The notes beneath the pieces were generated by a model. That model was not told the origin of the DNA and did no database searches. It saw only the letters and a list, made by a program, of their open reading frames with translations. Shown here one piece after another: positions 21,948 through 35,300 of a DNA stretch of 64,000 nucleotides. This DNA comes from Podarcis filfolensis. Taxonomy: Eukaryota. Position numbers and translations under genes: made by a program. The stretch lies in the NCBI GenBank assembly GCA_964270895.1, contig OZ185440.1, one strand, 5' to 3'. How positions within the stretch are numbered: position 1 is the first letter of the stretch; every line of letters starts with the position of its first letter.

Positions 21948-23372
21948 TTACATCTCTGCTGAAATCACGGTCTCATTATGTCCATGAATACTAGAATCTC
22001 CTAATAGAGATGTCTGTTTGGAGTCAATTTTGTAGGGTTTTTGAGTTTTGTTTCCAAAAACGGTTATACTAATCCCACTTGGATGACTCTGCATAGACAT
22101 ATGAGACAGCAAAGGAATATTTGCATCCTGATTAGATCCTGAAGAGGGTAAGCTAGTCACGTGCCCGGTGCTGGTTGATCCACTTGCACTACTTGGCGAA
22201 CGACTCTTTGGTGGAGGACAGTGCTGAATTACTCTGGGTGGGCCTGCAGGCTGGTAGTGAGCAGCTGGGAAAGCAGCATATCCAGGAGGAATTGGATATC
22301 CATTTATAGGAATAAATCGCTGGTTTTGAGGTATTGGTGGGCCAATAAATCCAGCAATTTGGCCTTGTGGTATACCCTGTGCTGGAAACATGTAGTTAGG
22401 GTACCTAGGGTTACTCAGGTTGCTAACTGGGCTTGCACTGAGAGAAGTTGTCTGAGTGGTAGCATTTCCACCAGAAGGAGTAGTAGAACTAGTGTGACTT
22501 GACAGCCCCTCCCAAGAACGCAGCCTGGCATGGATATCTTTAAACCTTGGTCTCCGAGATGGCAGCTCATGCCAACATTCGGTCATTAAGCTGTACATTC
22601 TGGGAGGGCAGTCTTCAGAGCATGGCAAAAGTTGTCGCTTCCTAACCATTTCTATGACCTCTTGGTTACTAAATCCATAATAGGGCTGGAGACCAAAGCT
22701 GAAAATCTCCCACAGGACAACACCAAAGGACCAGATGTCTGAATCGGAAGAGAATTTGCCATACAGAATTGCCTCTGGGGGCATCCAACGAATGGGTAAG
22801 AGGGACTTGTTTTGAACTCTGAAATAATCTGCAGAGTAGATTTCTCTTGACAGTCCCAAATCAGAAATCTTCACGTGGAGCTGTTCTCCAATTAAAATAT
22901 TTCGAGCAGCCAGATCCTTGTGAACAAAAAAATGACTTGATAAGTATTCCATCCCTGCTGCAATCTGGACTGCTACGTGCAGAAAATCTCCATGATCTAA
23001 GCTAGATTTTACAGTACCATCCTCATCACTGCTGCACCCAACATCTGAATGTGGTGATCGCATTATAAGAAATTCATGCAGGTCCCCTTGATTCATGTAC
23101 TCAAAAAGCATGCAGACTGGCTGCTCCTGAGTCACAACGCCAAGAAGGCAAACGATGTTGGGATGATGCAGTTCTGCCATCAGAGAGGCTTCCTGCTGGA
23201 ACTCTGCCCACTGTTGTGGATTGTTGCAGTCCTTTAGGGTCTTAATTGCAACCAACTGAGCATGATCCATGCCTGGTAGATAAAGGTGTCCCTTGTAGAT
23301 TTTGCCAAAGGCACATTCACCCAACTCTTCCATAAAACGGACAGCAGATAGAGGCAGCTCTTTGGCTTTGCT
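21948..23372 (-). CDS. ROR1: ROR1 exon 9 coding part (pseudokinase, Ser/Thr-rich, Pro-rich, Ser/Thr-rich tail; stop TAA)
   Basis: ctaacag|AGCAAAGCCAAAGAG; 1425 nt including the stop. Has the ROR1 pseudokinase hallmarks GECAFG glycine loop, HKDLAARN and DLG (for DFG), and ends [12 protein letters not shown]. Confidence 0.98.
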   Translation of the reverse strand, partial: SKAKELPLSAVRFMEELGECAFGKIYKGHLYLPGMDHAQLVAIKTLKDCNNPQQWAEFQQEASLMAELHHPNIVCLLGVVTQEQPVCMLFEYMNQGDLHEFLIMRSPHSDVGCSSDEDGTVKSSLDHGDFLHVAVQIAAGMEYLSSHFFVHKDLAARNILIGEQLHVKISDLGLSREIYSADYFRVQNKSLLPIRWMPPEAILYGKFSSDSDIWSFGVVLWEIFSFGLQPYYGFSNQEVIEMVRKRQLLPCSEDCPPRMYSLMTECWHELPSRRPRFKDIHARLRSWEGLSSHTSSTTPSGGNATTQTTSLSASPVSNLSNPRYPNYMFPAQGIPQGQIAGFIGPPIPQNQRFIPINGYPIPPGYAAFPAAHYQPAGPPRVIQHCPPPKSRSPSSASGSTSTGHVTSLPSSGSNQDANIPLLSHMSMQSHPSGISITVFGNKTQKPYKIDSKQTSLLGDSSIHGHNETVISAEM

Positions 23373-26300
23373 CTGTTAGAAAGAAGACGACATGTCAACA
23401 ATAAATTTGGATGATGGCTAAAATCTCAGTGCCATATGTCTGATACTGTAGGAGGATACTATAACAAGAGTGGTGTTGCAGTGGTTTTCAAGACACCCCT
23501 TCCCATTTCTTTACTTTATAGATACAGGGTTAAAAATAATTCCATCATAAAGCATGTGAACTTCAATGTTTCCATTCATGAAGTAGGTGACAGTAATTGA
23601 GCGAGGAACTCAATGTTCAGGACCTTTCGGGAATTAAGTTTTCCTTTACTTGAGATCCTTGCTACTCTCACTCCAATTTTGCCAAAGCAGTATTGCAAAC
23701 AAAAGAAGACAAAGAAGAAAAGGGGAGGAGCAGAAAGCCCCAATGCACTTTATTATCATTTGAAAGTGACACTCAGGACTGAATTCTAATTTTCCTAACC
23801 ATTTACAAATTTTAGATAAATACTGTGTGAATTAATATATCGCAGAGGCATTTAAACAAGCAGCCAGTTGACTGTGCAGTGATGGCAGGAAATTAGCTGT
23901 ATTGTTGAGACACAGATGGTTTATATTATACAAATCCTTTAGGCTAAAACTTGTTTAGGTCTGGCATATTGTAAATTATATTTTAGTAATGAAAGTGAAA
24001 TGACCTCTGTCTGACCTCATGCAGGATTGTCTGTTTTAACCAACCTAGTGGAAAAGTATGAAAGAAAATGAAGTCATAAAGTTTTGGCAGGAAAGGGGTT
24101 CATTTTAAGTTAAGCAGTTATAAATCTGCTTAGTTTTTGTTTGACGGGTATTTGTCATATGGTGGTGTACAAAATGCAAAGAAGTGTAAAACACATACGA
24201 GGCACCATGCCAACATAAACCAAGTACAAAGGAAATTTGTCAGGGGACACTTTATCTCTATCAGTTGCTTCTATTAAATGAATGACAAGAGTGGACACAA
24301 TTTATGATATTATACTAAGCATGTAGCAAGTGCCTTGAGTTAGGGATTACTCTGTAGTAAATGTGCTTAGGATGGCAGCCTAACAGTGCAATCTTATACA
24401 TAGCCACTCACATGTAAGTCTCACCAAGTCCAATAAGACTAAGTTCTAAGTAAATGAGTACAGGATTTAGTCTCATGTACAAAACTGGGAATTTGGTTTA
24501 TTTCTTGTTTTTATTGAATCAGTTAGCGTATGTCCAAACTCAATACAATTTTATATTCACAGAAGAAAGAATATTTTATGGAGTGGAAACAATTGTAATA
24601 TTGTCCTACTAGTATTTGTGAAATGCAGTCAGCTGGGATTGACACATCATTAGGAAAACTATTGCACCCAAAAGAGCTGGAAGAGACCAAAATAGCAAAG
24701 GTTCTTTGAACTAGAATACCAAGTGGAAACATTTCTCTTTTATGACATAGGCATATAAAGTAGATTTCACCAACAATACCTTTGGTTTATATGCATTCAG
24801 CATAGACATCTCTACGTTCTGTCCTCTGACATGCTTAGGCTGCCTTTGCACTGGAGGGGAAGAAGACTTCTGGTTGTTGCGGCAAATACAGATGAAGAAA
24901 AATAGTAAGGCAATAGCCAGGGGAATTGTAACACTTGGCACCAATATATAGAGGATTTCCATTTTATTCTTTTCCTTGGAGTCTTTTGTGTCTAATTCAG
25001 AAAAAGAGGGGTGGGGAACAATGGGAAGAAAAGCATAAAATCTCATGCTAAAGAATGCAGTTTTGTACATGAAATAAAACACAAGTTTTGTGTGCCACAT
25101 GAACTGTTTCTGATGACTGTTCTATTTCTTGACTGAGCAACAATAATACCAGATAGTTGTGTGCTATTAATTTGAGTGCAGTTCATTTGAAGGCACTTCA
25201 AGCTTCCAGTGGATAGCCACAGATCCTATTTGGAAAAAAGCCAGCTAAATCCAAACCATTATCATAAGAATTTATTCAGAAACCATGGGGTATGAAGTGC
25301 ACTTGGAGGAACATTTTTTAAATCCCCAACAAATAATTATATTCACATTAGTGTTGGATTTCATGCTTCTCTAAAAGGCCTGACACATGGCAAAGGTATT
25401 CTTTAGGAAAAACTTGACAGCAGATGACAAAGAGTTGAGATAACCTGGACCAAAAAGATAGATACCCACCCAAACTGGCTATGGTTGCCCTGTAATCGGA
25501 TAGATTAGACATTAAGAAAAACAAGAGCTTAGTGCATAGTTAATTGTTTTTGTAATGCTGTATTTTGGCAGAGCAGCAGTTTTGCAGCTCAAAACTGCCT
25601 TAATGGGGTGAGGGGAACCAATTGTTTTCTCTGCGGAGAGTGGGTTTACGTAAGTAACATCACAAAAATGTCCATCTGTGGTGCCAATGCTATAACCCAT
25701 AAATGGGCTACGTGCCTCTCAATGCCTTCCACACACAAAAAAATTGGCTGAGACTTTTTGATTATACTGAAAAGTTGCCAACATATTTGGGAAGCCAGAC
25801 AGGTATACAATGCCTTGGCCAAACCAAATGGGGTGGAATGTTTTCCATATCTTTTCAGAAAAAGCCACATAGATAATGTATACTATTTCAGAGAGCCAAC
25901 AGATACTAGAGTTTAGAACCCTGAAGGAATGAGGCACTGCATTATCTTAACTGTGACATGAACTTCATTCCTAAAATTCAAGTGCAGGCTAGTTCTCAAA
26001 TTTCTTTTAAGTAGTTCTAATTGTGCTTTTCTAGGTATGGGTAAAAGTACAACTCTTAATCTCTGACTCTCTGATTCATTAGGATTTTAGTGTGCCATCC
26101 ATTGGGTATTTAGTGGCACTGTTTGAATGTGACAAGTGCTGAGAAAGAATGGCATATAGGCTTCCATTGTATACATCGATAGCTTTATATCTCCCACTCT
26201 TGGGTGTGTTGTTCTTTTTAAAATATTTGAAAAAGCGCCAAAGGTGTTGAGTCACATTCTGTGTAGAGTTCAGAAGACCCTAATGCTTCATGGTGAGAAA

Positions 26301-29300
26301 ATGGAGCTGCTTTAGAAGGACGGAAGGAAGGAATGGAGGATGTGGGGAGGAGAGAGAGAGAGAGAGTGAGAGAGAGAGAGAGAGAGAGAGAAAGAAAGAA
26401 AGAGAAAATGAGACAGGTGACAAGAGTTGAGAGAGCCTACTGTTGTAGGTGGCATTTCGGACTTTCCAAGTGTCCAAGTGTGCCATAAAGCCCACTTAGA
26501 ATAGGTCAGCCTGGTGCTCTCCTGTCTTTTGCAATTGAGTAAGCAAGCCATGCAACAGAGAGAGAGAGAGAGCCACTTACATCTGTTGTAGGCATTTTAT
26601 GTCTTGCATACCAGGTATAAGGGCCAGATGAAGGAAGAGAACACCCTGAAAGATCCTCTGGGAAGGATGGTAGTGGTGTGTGAATGTTATTTTGCTGTTG
26701 TTTAGTCGTGTCCGACTCTTCGTGACCACATGGACCAGAGCACGCCAGGCACTCCATTTAGTCCTCCTTAATTATTAATCTTGTGTTTTTATATGGCATA
26801 TTTCATTTTTGTTTCTGGTATTCTCAACTCCTACCTGCCCCCCCCCAAAAAAAACCATTGGAAAGAAAGAGAGGTGCATGTAGATATTATACTGTAATAG
26901 GAGGAGAGTTGCTCTTATTTGTTCTTGATCATGCACACTTTGGAGTGTGGTGGGGAGGAAGTTAATGGAAACTTCCCTCTCTTGTAAGATGCTTGTTTGC
27001 ATAATACAAATGTATCTATTTCCATTTTTTAAAATGCTTAAGGCTGTGAGTTTATCTTTTTAATTCTCCAATATTAAAAGATAACGGTCTTCTCCATTCT
27101 TGCAAGAACTTTAACCTCATGGGGACTACACATCACTCCTGGATTGCAAACAGCTGATCACTGCTGACACCCACCACCCACTCACTCCTGAAGCAGCCAT
27201 AACAAATGCTGGCCACTAAGGCATGCTGCCAAAAGAATTGAGGGTTCCATCCAGAAAAACCAAATGCTGGTCTAGTTCAAGCCCTGCCCAGAGAGGTGAG
27301 TGGGAGCTTGAACATTAGGCTGACACATCTTGACAGTAAAGTCAGACAAGTCGGAAGAGAAGATGCGAACTACTAAGTCAAAGAAGCCACATGTAGCAAA
27401 GTGATGAAAGATGAGAGAGACCAAGACCATCACAGCCATTTGATGAATCTTTCAAGGATAAGAAAAGAACAGAGACTCTGAATTTTTGGCAGCAAAACCT
27501 GTAGCAACATTTCACCTCTTTCCCTCCTTGTTCAATAACAGAAAGAAGTACATGATAGGAGGCATATGCTGAAGCTCAAGGAAGTACATGTTTCGAAAGC
27601 ATTTTAAGTTCAACTCTAGCTGTATTTGACATTCCCTTTTATTCTGCCCTGTCATATTTGAAGGTTTCAACAGAAGATGTCTGAAAAGTCTCAAGGACAG
27701 TGTTTCTGGAATGATACTACTGTTTCGTGATAGCCAATATTTTTCATCAGCCAATATTTTTCACAAGAATATGCAAGTAAGATCCATGCTATGGATCAGT
27801 GCTCACTAGTAGAACTTTTAAAATACTTTCAGGGTTGCTTTAAGGGCTGTGGTGATTTTATCCTTTGGATAAATTATAACTGTAGGATCGGAAGTTTGTT
27901 AAACACATTCAGGAGTTTATCTTGTAGAGAAGTGTTCTGGAAACCAATTGTCCCAGTTTGAATGTAACGTTCTCAGTTCAGCAATCTGCGTTTTGACGGA
28001 GCAGAACTGAACTTCAGGGGAGGTTATCGAGGACTACTAGTCATGATGGCTGTGTACTACTACCTCCAGTATCATAACTACGCATTGCTGGGGAATACAG
28101 GTGAGGACAATGCTGTTGTACTCATGCCCTGCTTGTGTGCATCTAGTTGGCCACTGTGAGAAAAGGATGCTGGACTGGATGAACCTTTGTTCTGATCCAG
28201 TAGGGCTCTTACATTTGTATGATTTCCTGGTTTGTTAAACCATGGCTTGCAATAACATCTGGACCAAGAAACTGGTTTAAGTGCTCACAACAAACCACAA
28301 TTGCAAACCACAGTTCGATCTTGGTTTGTAGAGATCCCTTTAAGTGATAAGGCAGTTTCTCAGTTCAGAAGTCATGGGAAACTGTAATTTAATAAACCAG
28401 AAGTCAGAGGTGTGTGTGGGAGAGGTGCTCAAGTTCACTGCTTGTTCCTGCTTTAATAAATGTTTTTCCTTGGTCTGGCAACTTCATGTATGAACCAGCC
28501 CATAGTCTTACCAGTCTTTAAAACACACATTAGTTTTATAATTTAGATGTAGTACTATATATTGGTATGACATGAAGGCAGGCAAAAGTATGTATGCCTG
28601 CTAAGCTTAGCTAATGTATGTAAAACATACATTTCTAGGTACGGGTTGATTAGAGAAAAATCACTCCTTATATTCTTGCTTTCCCTTTTTATATAACTTC
28701 ACATCAGAAGGTGGCAGGCAGGAGCTGCTTATGGTTAAAATTAGCTAGTACTGGTAGATACAGTCGTAACACTGTACCTTAGCTGGAAGCTTCACATCTA
28801 TTTCAGAACTTCTTGGGCTTACTAAGGAGAGTGGAACTATCAAAAAACTAGAATACCGGGGGGTATTCTCCTCCCCTACCTGTCCTTGGTGGCTCTTTTC
28901 CTTAGGGAGGAAGCAGAAATTTTGGGAATACTTCTTCACCACCATAGTATCATAGTCATAATGTTTGCACCTTTGCAATCTAAAATATCTTACTCCTGCT
29001 ATTGTACATCAGGAGTCTCCAGTCAAGCTGAGATTATTTTAGTGTCCTTTCTTCTGAAGCTTCATGCACAAATTATTCACCAGTTATGTAGAATTATAAT
29101 AATACCACAAAGCCTTGTTAGTTTTGAATAGATCTCAATCAAGTGAGTTTCCTTATTCAACCGGCCATCAATTCTGAGTATTCTGTTTAGGGACATTACA
29201 GTCCTAAGATACGTCACACTTCAGTAACGTTGTACACGTTTCAAAATGCCGAACAGTGCAACCATTAATTTGAAAATTCTCCAGTCCAAAGTAATAATAT

Positions 29301-32300
29301 ACTTTTCTGGAACAGAGAGGCTGCTTTGCATCTTACTTTTTACATATCTATTTTTAGTAACATCCAAGCTGATAAAATGATAATTGAAGTCAGACACATG
29401 CACTATAGACCTGATGGGGAAATGGTATCAAGCTGCAGAATTCACAACATCATGGGTGGTAAAACTGGCATGTCAGCCACAAGAAGCAATTTCAACGCAG
29501 CCCATGGGCAACTGTAGAAAGTGAATATGTTTCTTTGTATGTGTATGGGTCTCTTTTGATAAGCAGGCTGGTGTGGTCTCACAGTTCCCAGAACCTGCCA
29601 GCAGCTTCCATGGAGATCCAATATGTTTCCCATCAAACGCAGGAATTGTGGATGCTGCTTAGTATTAAGAAAGCTTCCCTGCCGCAAACTCTTTGAAGTC
29701 CAACAATGAGAAGATAGACACGATCCATCAGACTCCTGTAATTATAATGAAGCCTGGATTGTCACTTGCCTTCAGGCCTTCGTGTTCCTCATCCACACCT
29801 CTCCTGACGGTTGCTCACCAGCAGAATATGAGTCTTCCTCAACTCTCTGCACCTTATTCATCTTTGTTGTAGGGCTGAACCCTCGGCATGGCTCATCATT
29901 GTGTCAACTGTGGTTTTTGAGAATTCCTTTTGCTACACCCAGACTTGGGCTTCCCTTTCAAAATGGGAGAGTTCTACTACACTTACCACAGGCAGGGATG
30001 TCACAAAGCTCAGATTTAAAATTTTCATCTAAGGTGAAGCACCATGGAGCCTCCTTCTGATTCCCTGGGTTTCGACAATAGGAGTGTCCCCCATTCAGTT
30101 CTGGGTATCGCACAGCAGTGAACGTGTGCGTGTGGGGGTACTGAGAATTCCATGGCTGGCACTGTCGCCCAGACTTCGTGACACTCATTGTCCCTCGGTA
30201 GTCTGCTCCTGTGCTGTTGTAACATTTGTGATCTGTAAATGACAACAGCAGTTCAATTGTGGTGAATCAGAGGGGTATTGTGCACATACTGATTGGTGTA
30301 AGAACATGAAAGTGAGAGAAAGTATAATTCTGCTGACCCGTGTCCTTCAATTTAATTCAGGTTCTCAATTTGCAAAGGCCATAATGCTAGGCTTGCTCTT
30401 CATTCATATACTTGAGAACATATAAAGCTTAGGTTTCGGGAATTAAATAAAAAAACACTTATCCCAAATATTTTAGAATAAAAGACATATAAGAAATCAA
30501 AACTGCCCTGGAAACCTGAAATTAATCCCTTACTTTGGCATGAAAGTAAAGAGCAGCTGTGAGATCCAATTGTTGTTGCGCTATCTTGGAAATACAGCTA
30601 TTTGATATTATGTTAATTCTAATCAGTCTGTGATCTAACATGAACTCTACTCAGTGTCTGGAGTCAGGCCTACTAATGTAGCAAAGAAGCACTGCATAGC
30701 AACCTTTGGCCCTTTAAGAAGTCTTTACTTACCGTTAGTAGTGCCATTTACTTTAATGGAATGGCTAATGGGGATTTTAATGAGCAAGGCTTGGGATACC
30801 AGACACTAACTGGTGTAAGAATAGTACAAAAAGCAGGTCAAAATATAATAATGGTTAATTTATATTTTGAAATGCACTACAGTGGTACCTCGGGTTACAG
30901 ACGCTTCAGGTTACAGACTCCGCTAACTCAGAAATAGTACCTTGGGTTAAGAACTTTACCTCAGGATGAGAACAGAAATTGCGCGCCGGCGGCAGCGGGA
31001 GGCCCCATTAACTAAAGTGGTACCTCAGGTTAAGAACAGTTTCAGGTTAAGAACGGACCTCCAGAATGAATTAAGTTCTTAACCTGAGGTACCACTGTAT
31101 TCTAAATAAGCAGCTTGCAAACTAAATCCAAACAAACGTGTGGGTGCATTGGAAGATGGATTCTGGCATAATGAATGGGGCTTCCTACCAGGCTAGTAAT
31201 TGAAAATATGAACTTCTGTGACCACAAAGCATATTACTAATTCTTCTTGACATTAAGTCCTATCCAAAGATGGGTAGGATATTTTGTATGCAATACATCA
31301 AGTTTACAGCTATCACTCACTCTTGTTGATCGGATCTGCCATAGGGATGCCAATGCGGATACAATTTACAGCTTCTGGGCTATCAGGCTGTGGAAGATCT
31401 TCACAATTAGGCAGCTTTAAACGCATCAGAATCATCGGGTTGGATCTTGCAAAGATGTACTCAGTTTGGCAAAGGACATTTTCCAGAATTTCACACTCAT
31501 CACGGCACAGATCCCGTGGCTTTGCAGCTGAAGAAGTCTCATCGCAGTATGGGAAAGCGTAATGGCAGAGTGAAGGAATGGCAAACTGGGAACATTTATC
31601 AGATAAATGACTGGAGGTTCCAATCATAGTGAAGGCAGCTGTAATATAACCATACCAAAAAAGTTTAGGCAATACAACGTGAAGTGACATATTCAGCACC
31701 ATAATGGTTGTTCATAGCCTAACTAGGGGTAAGCAAACTTTTTCAGCAGGGGGCTGGTCCACTGTCCCTAAGACCTTGTGGGGGGCCAGACTATATTTTG
31801 AAGGGGGGGGGGAATGATGCAAGAGCACCATGAGCCCTGGTGGCTGCTTACCTATGTCTTGCGAGTGGCAGGGGCTGGCAGTGGGGGGAAGATGAGTGGC
31901 GCGCAAAAGGGCTCCGGAGAGAGGTTGCTTAAAATGGTGGCTGCTCGAGCGCTGCTGCTGCTGACACCAACAAAGCCCAGCCCCCTTCCTCCTCTAGACC
32001 GAGCAGGGAGAAGCCAGGAGGCGAGAGGAGGCACCGCCGCCGTGTGAGGGAGAGGGAAAGAACGCGCGCTGGTGGTCCACGCGGTGATTCCCAGACCATC
32101 CATGGGCCGGATCCAGAAGGAAATTGGACCTGATCCTGCCCACGGGCCTTAGTTTGCCTACCCATGGCCTAACCACTTCCAAAATAAGATGCATAATGGG
32201 AAGTCTATCTATGTGGAGATGAAAGTCTGTTTGAAATTTTCAAAAACTATTTCACATTGAATATTGACAACACTGCATGAATTGTGACCTGACATGCTGA

Positions 32301-35300
32301 AGGTCGCGTGCTATGGACTCAGTTCTCCTTTTGCTGCCTGTGTGGAACTGAAACAGGGTAGTTGTTAAGCTACTAGCAAGTTACAATACAAGGCCTGAGT
32401 TTGATGGGCTGACTGACAACTTGTGAAGCCCTGCTTTAAGGGACACTGGTCTATAAAGCAGACATTGGGTGGAATCCAACTGATGGCCTTCACAACTCAT
32501 GGAAGGGCTTTTGATACTGTGGCCACCTTCACTAACAAAAGAACCCTACAGCTGCTCCGTAGAAGGTTTTCTACACTGTTCTGAAGGTTTCTCCAACTCT
32601 CTGGAGCTGATGGGAGGGAGTTACTTGGGGCCTGCAGGGAGGAGGAGTAAGCAATAATAATCTCCCATCCTTTTCTATTAGCAGAGGTGTTCACAGGAGC
32701 AAAAGCCCTTTTGTAAGTGCAGGGGCACCAACTGGACTTCACCCCTAGTGACATTGAAGACCCCATTAATACAGCTGGAGTCAAGTCATTATAAATTTAC
32801 TATTCTGTTTTCAATAGAACTTAAGCACCACTAACTTTGTAGCCTTTGTATATATTATAAAGTTAAATGGTTGTAAAAATACACACACAGTTGATAAAGC
32901 TTAAAAATATATACAAATATATTTTCATTTTACATCTTTTTAAGCATCAGTTTTGTTTTCATGGTAGTGTTTCCAAAAGTTGTAATGTTTCTTTCCTTAA
33001 GAATATATTTACACAGAGCTAACCATATATTCTGCTGCCTATGAGTACATTAAACATACTAAATCCCAAGCAAGCTTGCTATAGTGTAGATTATGGTAAG
33101 GTCAAGAATGATGGCAATCTAGCTGAAAATAAAAGCAAACTTTACATACCAGTAATCTGATTTTCTATTTCACCCTGCATATGCAAGGACTCCATATAAA
33201 TGGTTCGGTTTCCAATAAACCTTGCACATGCTATTCCTCTGTATGGCTGACAAAATCCATCTTCTTCATATTCATCACTAAAATCAAATAGGCACAACTT
33301 AATTACACTCTGATGAGCACTGTAGAGGCTGTTCTCAGTAAAGAAGTAGAGTGTCATGGAACCTTAAGGACCAGGAGAAACTAAGCAGCATATAGAAATA
33401 TACAGTGTGAGTAAACAATAATATTCAAAGATGGAAAGATCTACAGTTGCCTCAAGCTTCGAGTGCCATAGAAAGTCTGGGAAACAGCATTTCACAGCAA
33501 GGTTTATTTTCGTTCTATGGAATCTCCAGCCTTTGCGACTAATTAGGCCCACCAGGCCTCCCCCTTTGGCCTGCAGGACAGTTTTGGCCAAGCCACATTC
33601 ACCTGTCCTACACCTGACATCAGATATGGGGCAAGTAAAACCCTGGGCATTTGGAAAGAAGTGTCTCCCTTAGGATCCCTTTAGAGGGATTCCCATTTTC
33701 CTGGAAGGGGGGCAGGTGGAGACTTCCAGCTTACCCCCCTCTGACCCTGACTAAGAATCCAACCCATGTCTAATCTGCCAAAAGTTGTGACGATTGCTAT
33801 GAGTTGGGCATAAAAAAAGCCCAGACTCACCCAATTTTGTCTGGGGAGAAAATTCATCCCAGGCCCCAAATATGGCAACCAGATACTTCCATAGCAAAGT
33901 CATACCCTTGACTTGCCCCTTGGAGTCGCAGTCCTGCTGTACAGGAAGAGAGATCCAGCTCTAACTGAGGAGCTGGGTCCCATGGCTGCTGGAATTTATG
34001 GCTTGGAAGAGGACCTGAGTGAAGATTCCAGTCAGCCATGTCTGACTCCCACTTCCTGCTCCAGGGCTGCCCGCTATTGGTCCAATTTAAGGGTGGACCC
34101 AAATTCAAAAAATCTGTGGTTTCTGGGAGAGGATATGACATCTCCCATTGGCCATTTGGGAGATGGAAGAAGTGACCTGGAAATGGCAGCGAGATGCGCT
34201 AGGACGCAAATGCTGCGCCATGCCAGAGAACGCGAGTGGGCTTTAAATTTAAAAGAAAAAAATAGAAGGAACTTTGAGAATAAATGCATTCATTTGATTT
34301 ACAAAACTGGAGATGAAACGAGTGGCAAAAAGTCTGTTCAATTGGGTAAGATTTTTATGGGCTTTCAGATAGGTAATTTTAATGTTATATATAGCAGAAC
34401 ATACCAACACACATGTATTAGAACCATAAGATTTATTTTCATATTCTTAAACTCTCTGCCATATTCTGTAATGTTGTTCCAACTCTATGTGGAGTAAAAT
34501 GTAAAAGCTTTTGCTTGGCAAGAAAACATTAATGCAAATGGATAAATAATATTCCGTCATACTTTCCAAAAGAGTACAAAATGGTTACTTGTGTCCAACT
34601 TAAAACAAAATACATGCTCACTCTGTTTCATGACAAAAATTTGGAAATTCAGAGCTTATATTTTACTTTGGAAGGGGAGAGAGAAAATTATCTCAGATAC
34701 TGTTTCTGTATTATTTGAAGTATGCTAATATGTGGCCAGGGATTCTTTGAGAGGAATCGTGGGATATAAATCTAATAAACAAACAAACAAACAAACAAAC
34801 AAACAAACAAATAATATTAAGATGCAGTTCTGAAACTTAGGTTTTTGCTTTGTCCACTTATAAAGTGATATTTCTAAAGCCTGCATGGAACTACATTGTC
34901 TGGATGCATGTTGTAGCAGGTACATTAGACAACACTTTTGTAAACTGCAAAAATGTATCTTTCCGAATGTGTGGTCACTACCAAATCTAGTGTCCACTGG
35001 AATCTTTTAGATAATGATACAATTCCATAAGGATCCCATTGTTATTGACTGAAGATGCAGGTAGTTTCACATGAGTTATCTGAAGCAAAAAAGCAAAATA
35101 AAGTAATAAAACAGCTATAATAATGCTATGTTGACGTAATTTAATGGCTCATATGATACCTTAGAAGAATAGATAATGAAAAATCCAATTTCTTCAGTGA
35201 ACAAAGCAAGGTAATTTCACTGCTAAAGCATCCATGACAGATGGCCAACACCTAAATATGTTTATTTGAGATTCCTGCATTGCAGGGGGTTGGACTAGAT

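Noticed and set aside
22221-22502. 93-aa plus-strand ORF
   Set aside because: Antisense shadow of ROR1 exon 9.
29400-29900. Coding-looking stretch in ROR1 intron 7
   Set aside because: The frames I translated hit stops within about 30 codons, and I found no good acceptor/donor pair.
33913-34497. 194-aa plus-strand ORF
   Set aside because: No recognisable domain, starts at a non-ATG codon, and has a low-complexity AT-rich tail; probably a degenerate repeat in ROR1 intron 4.
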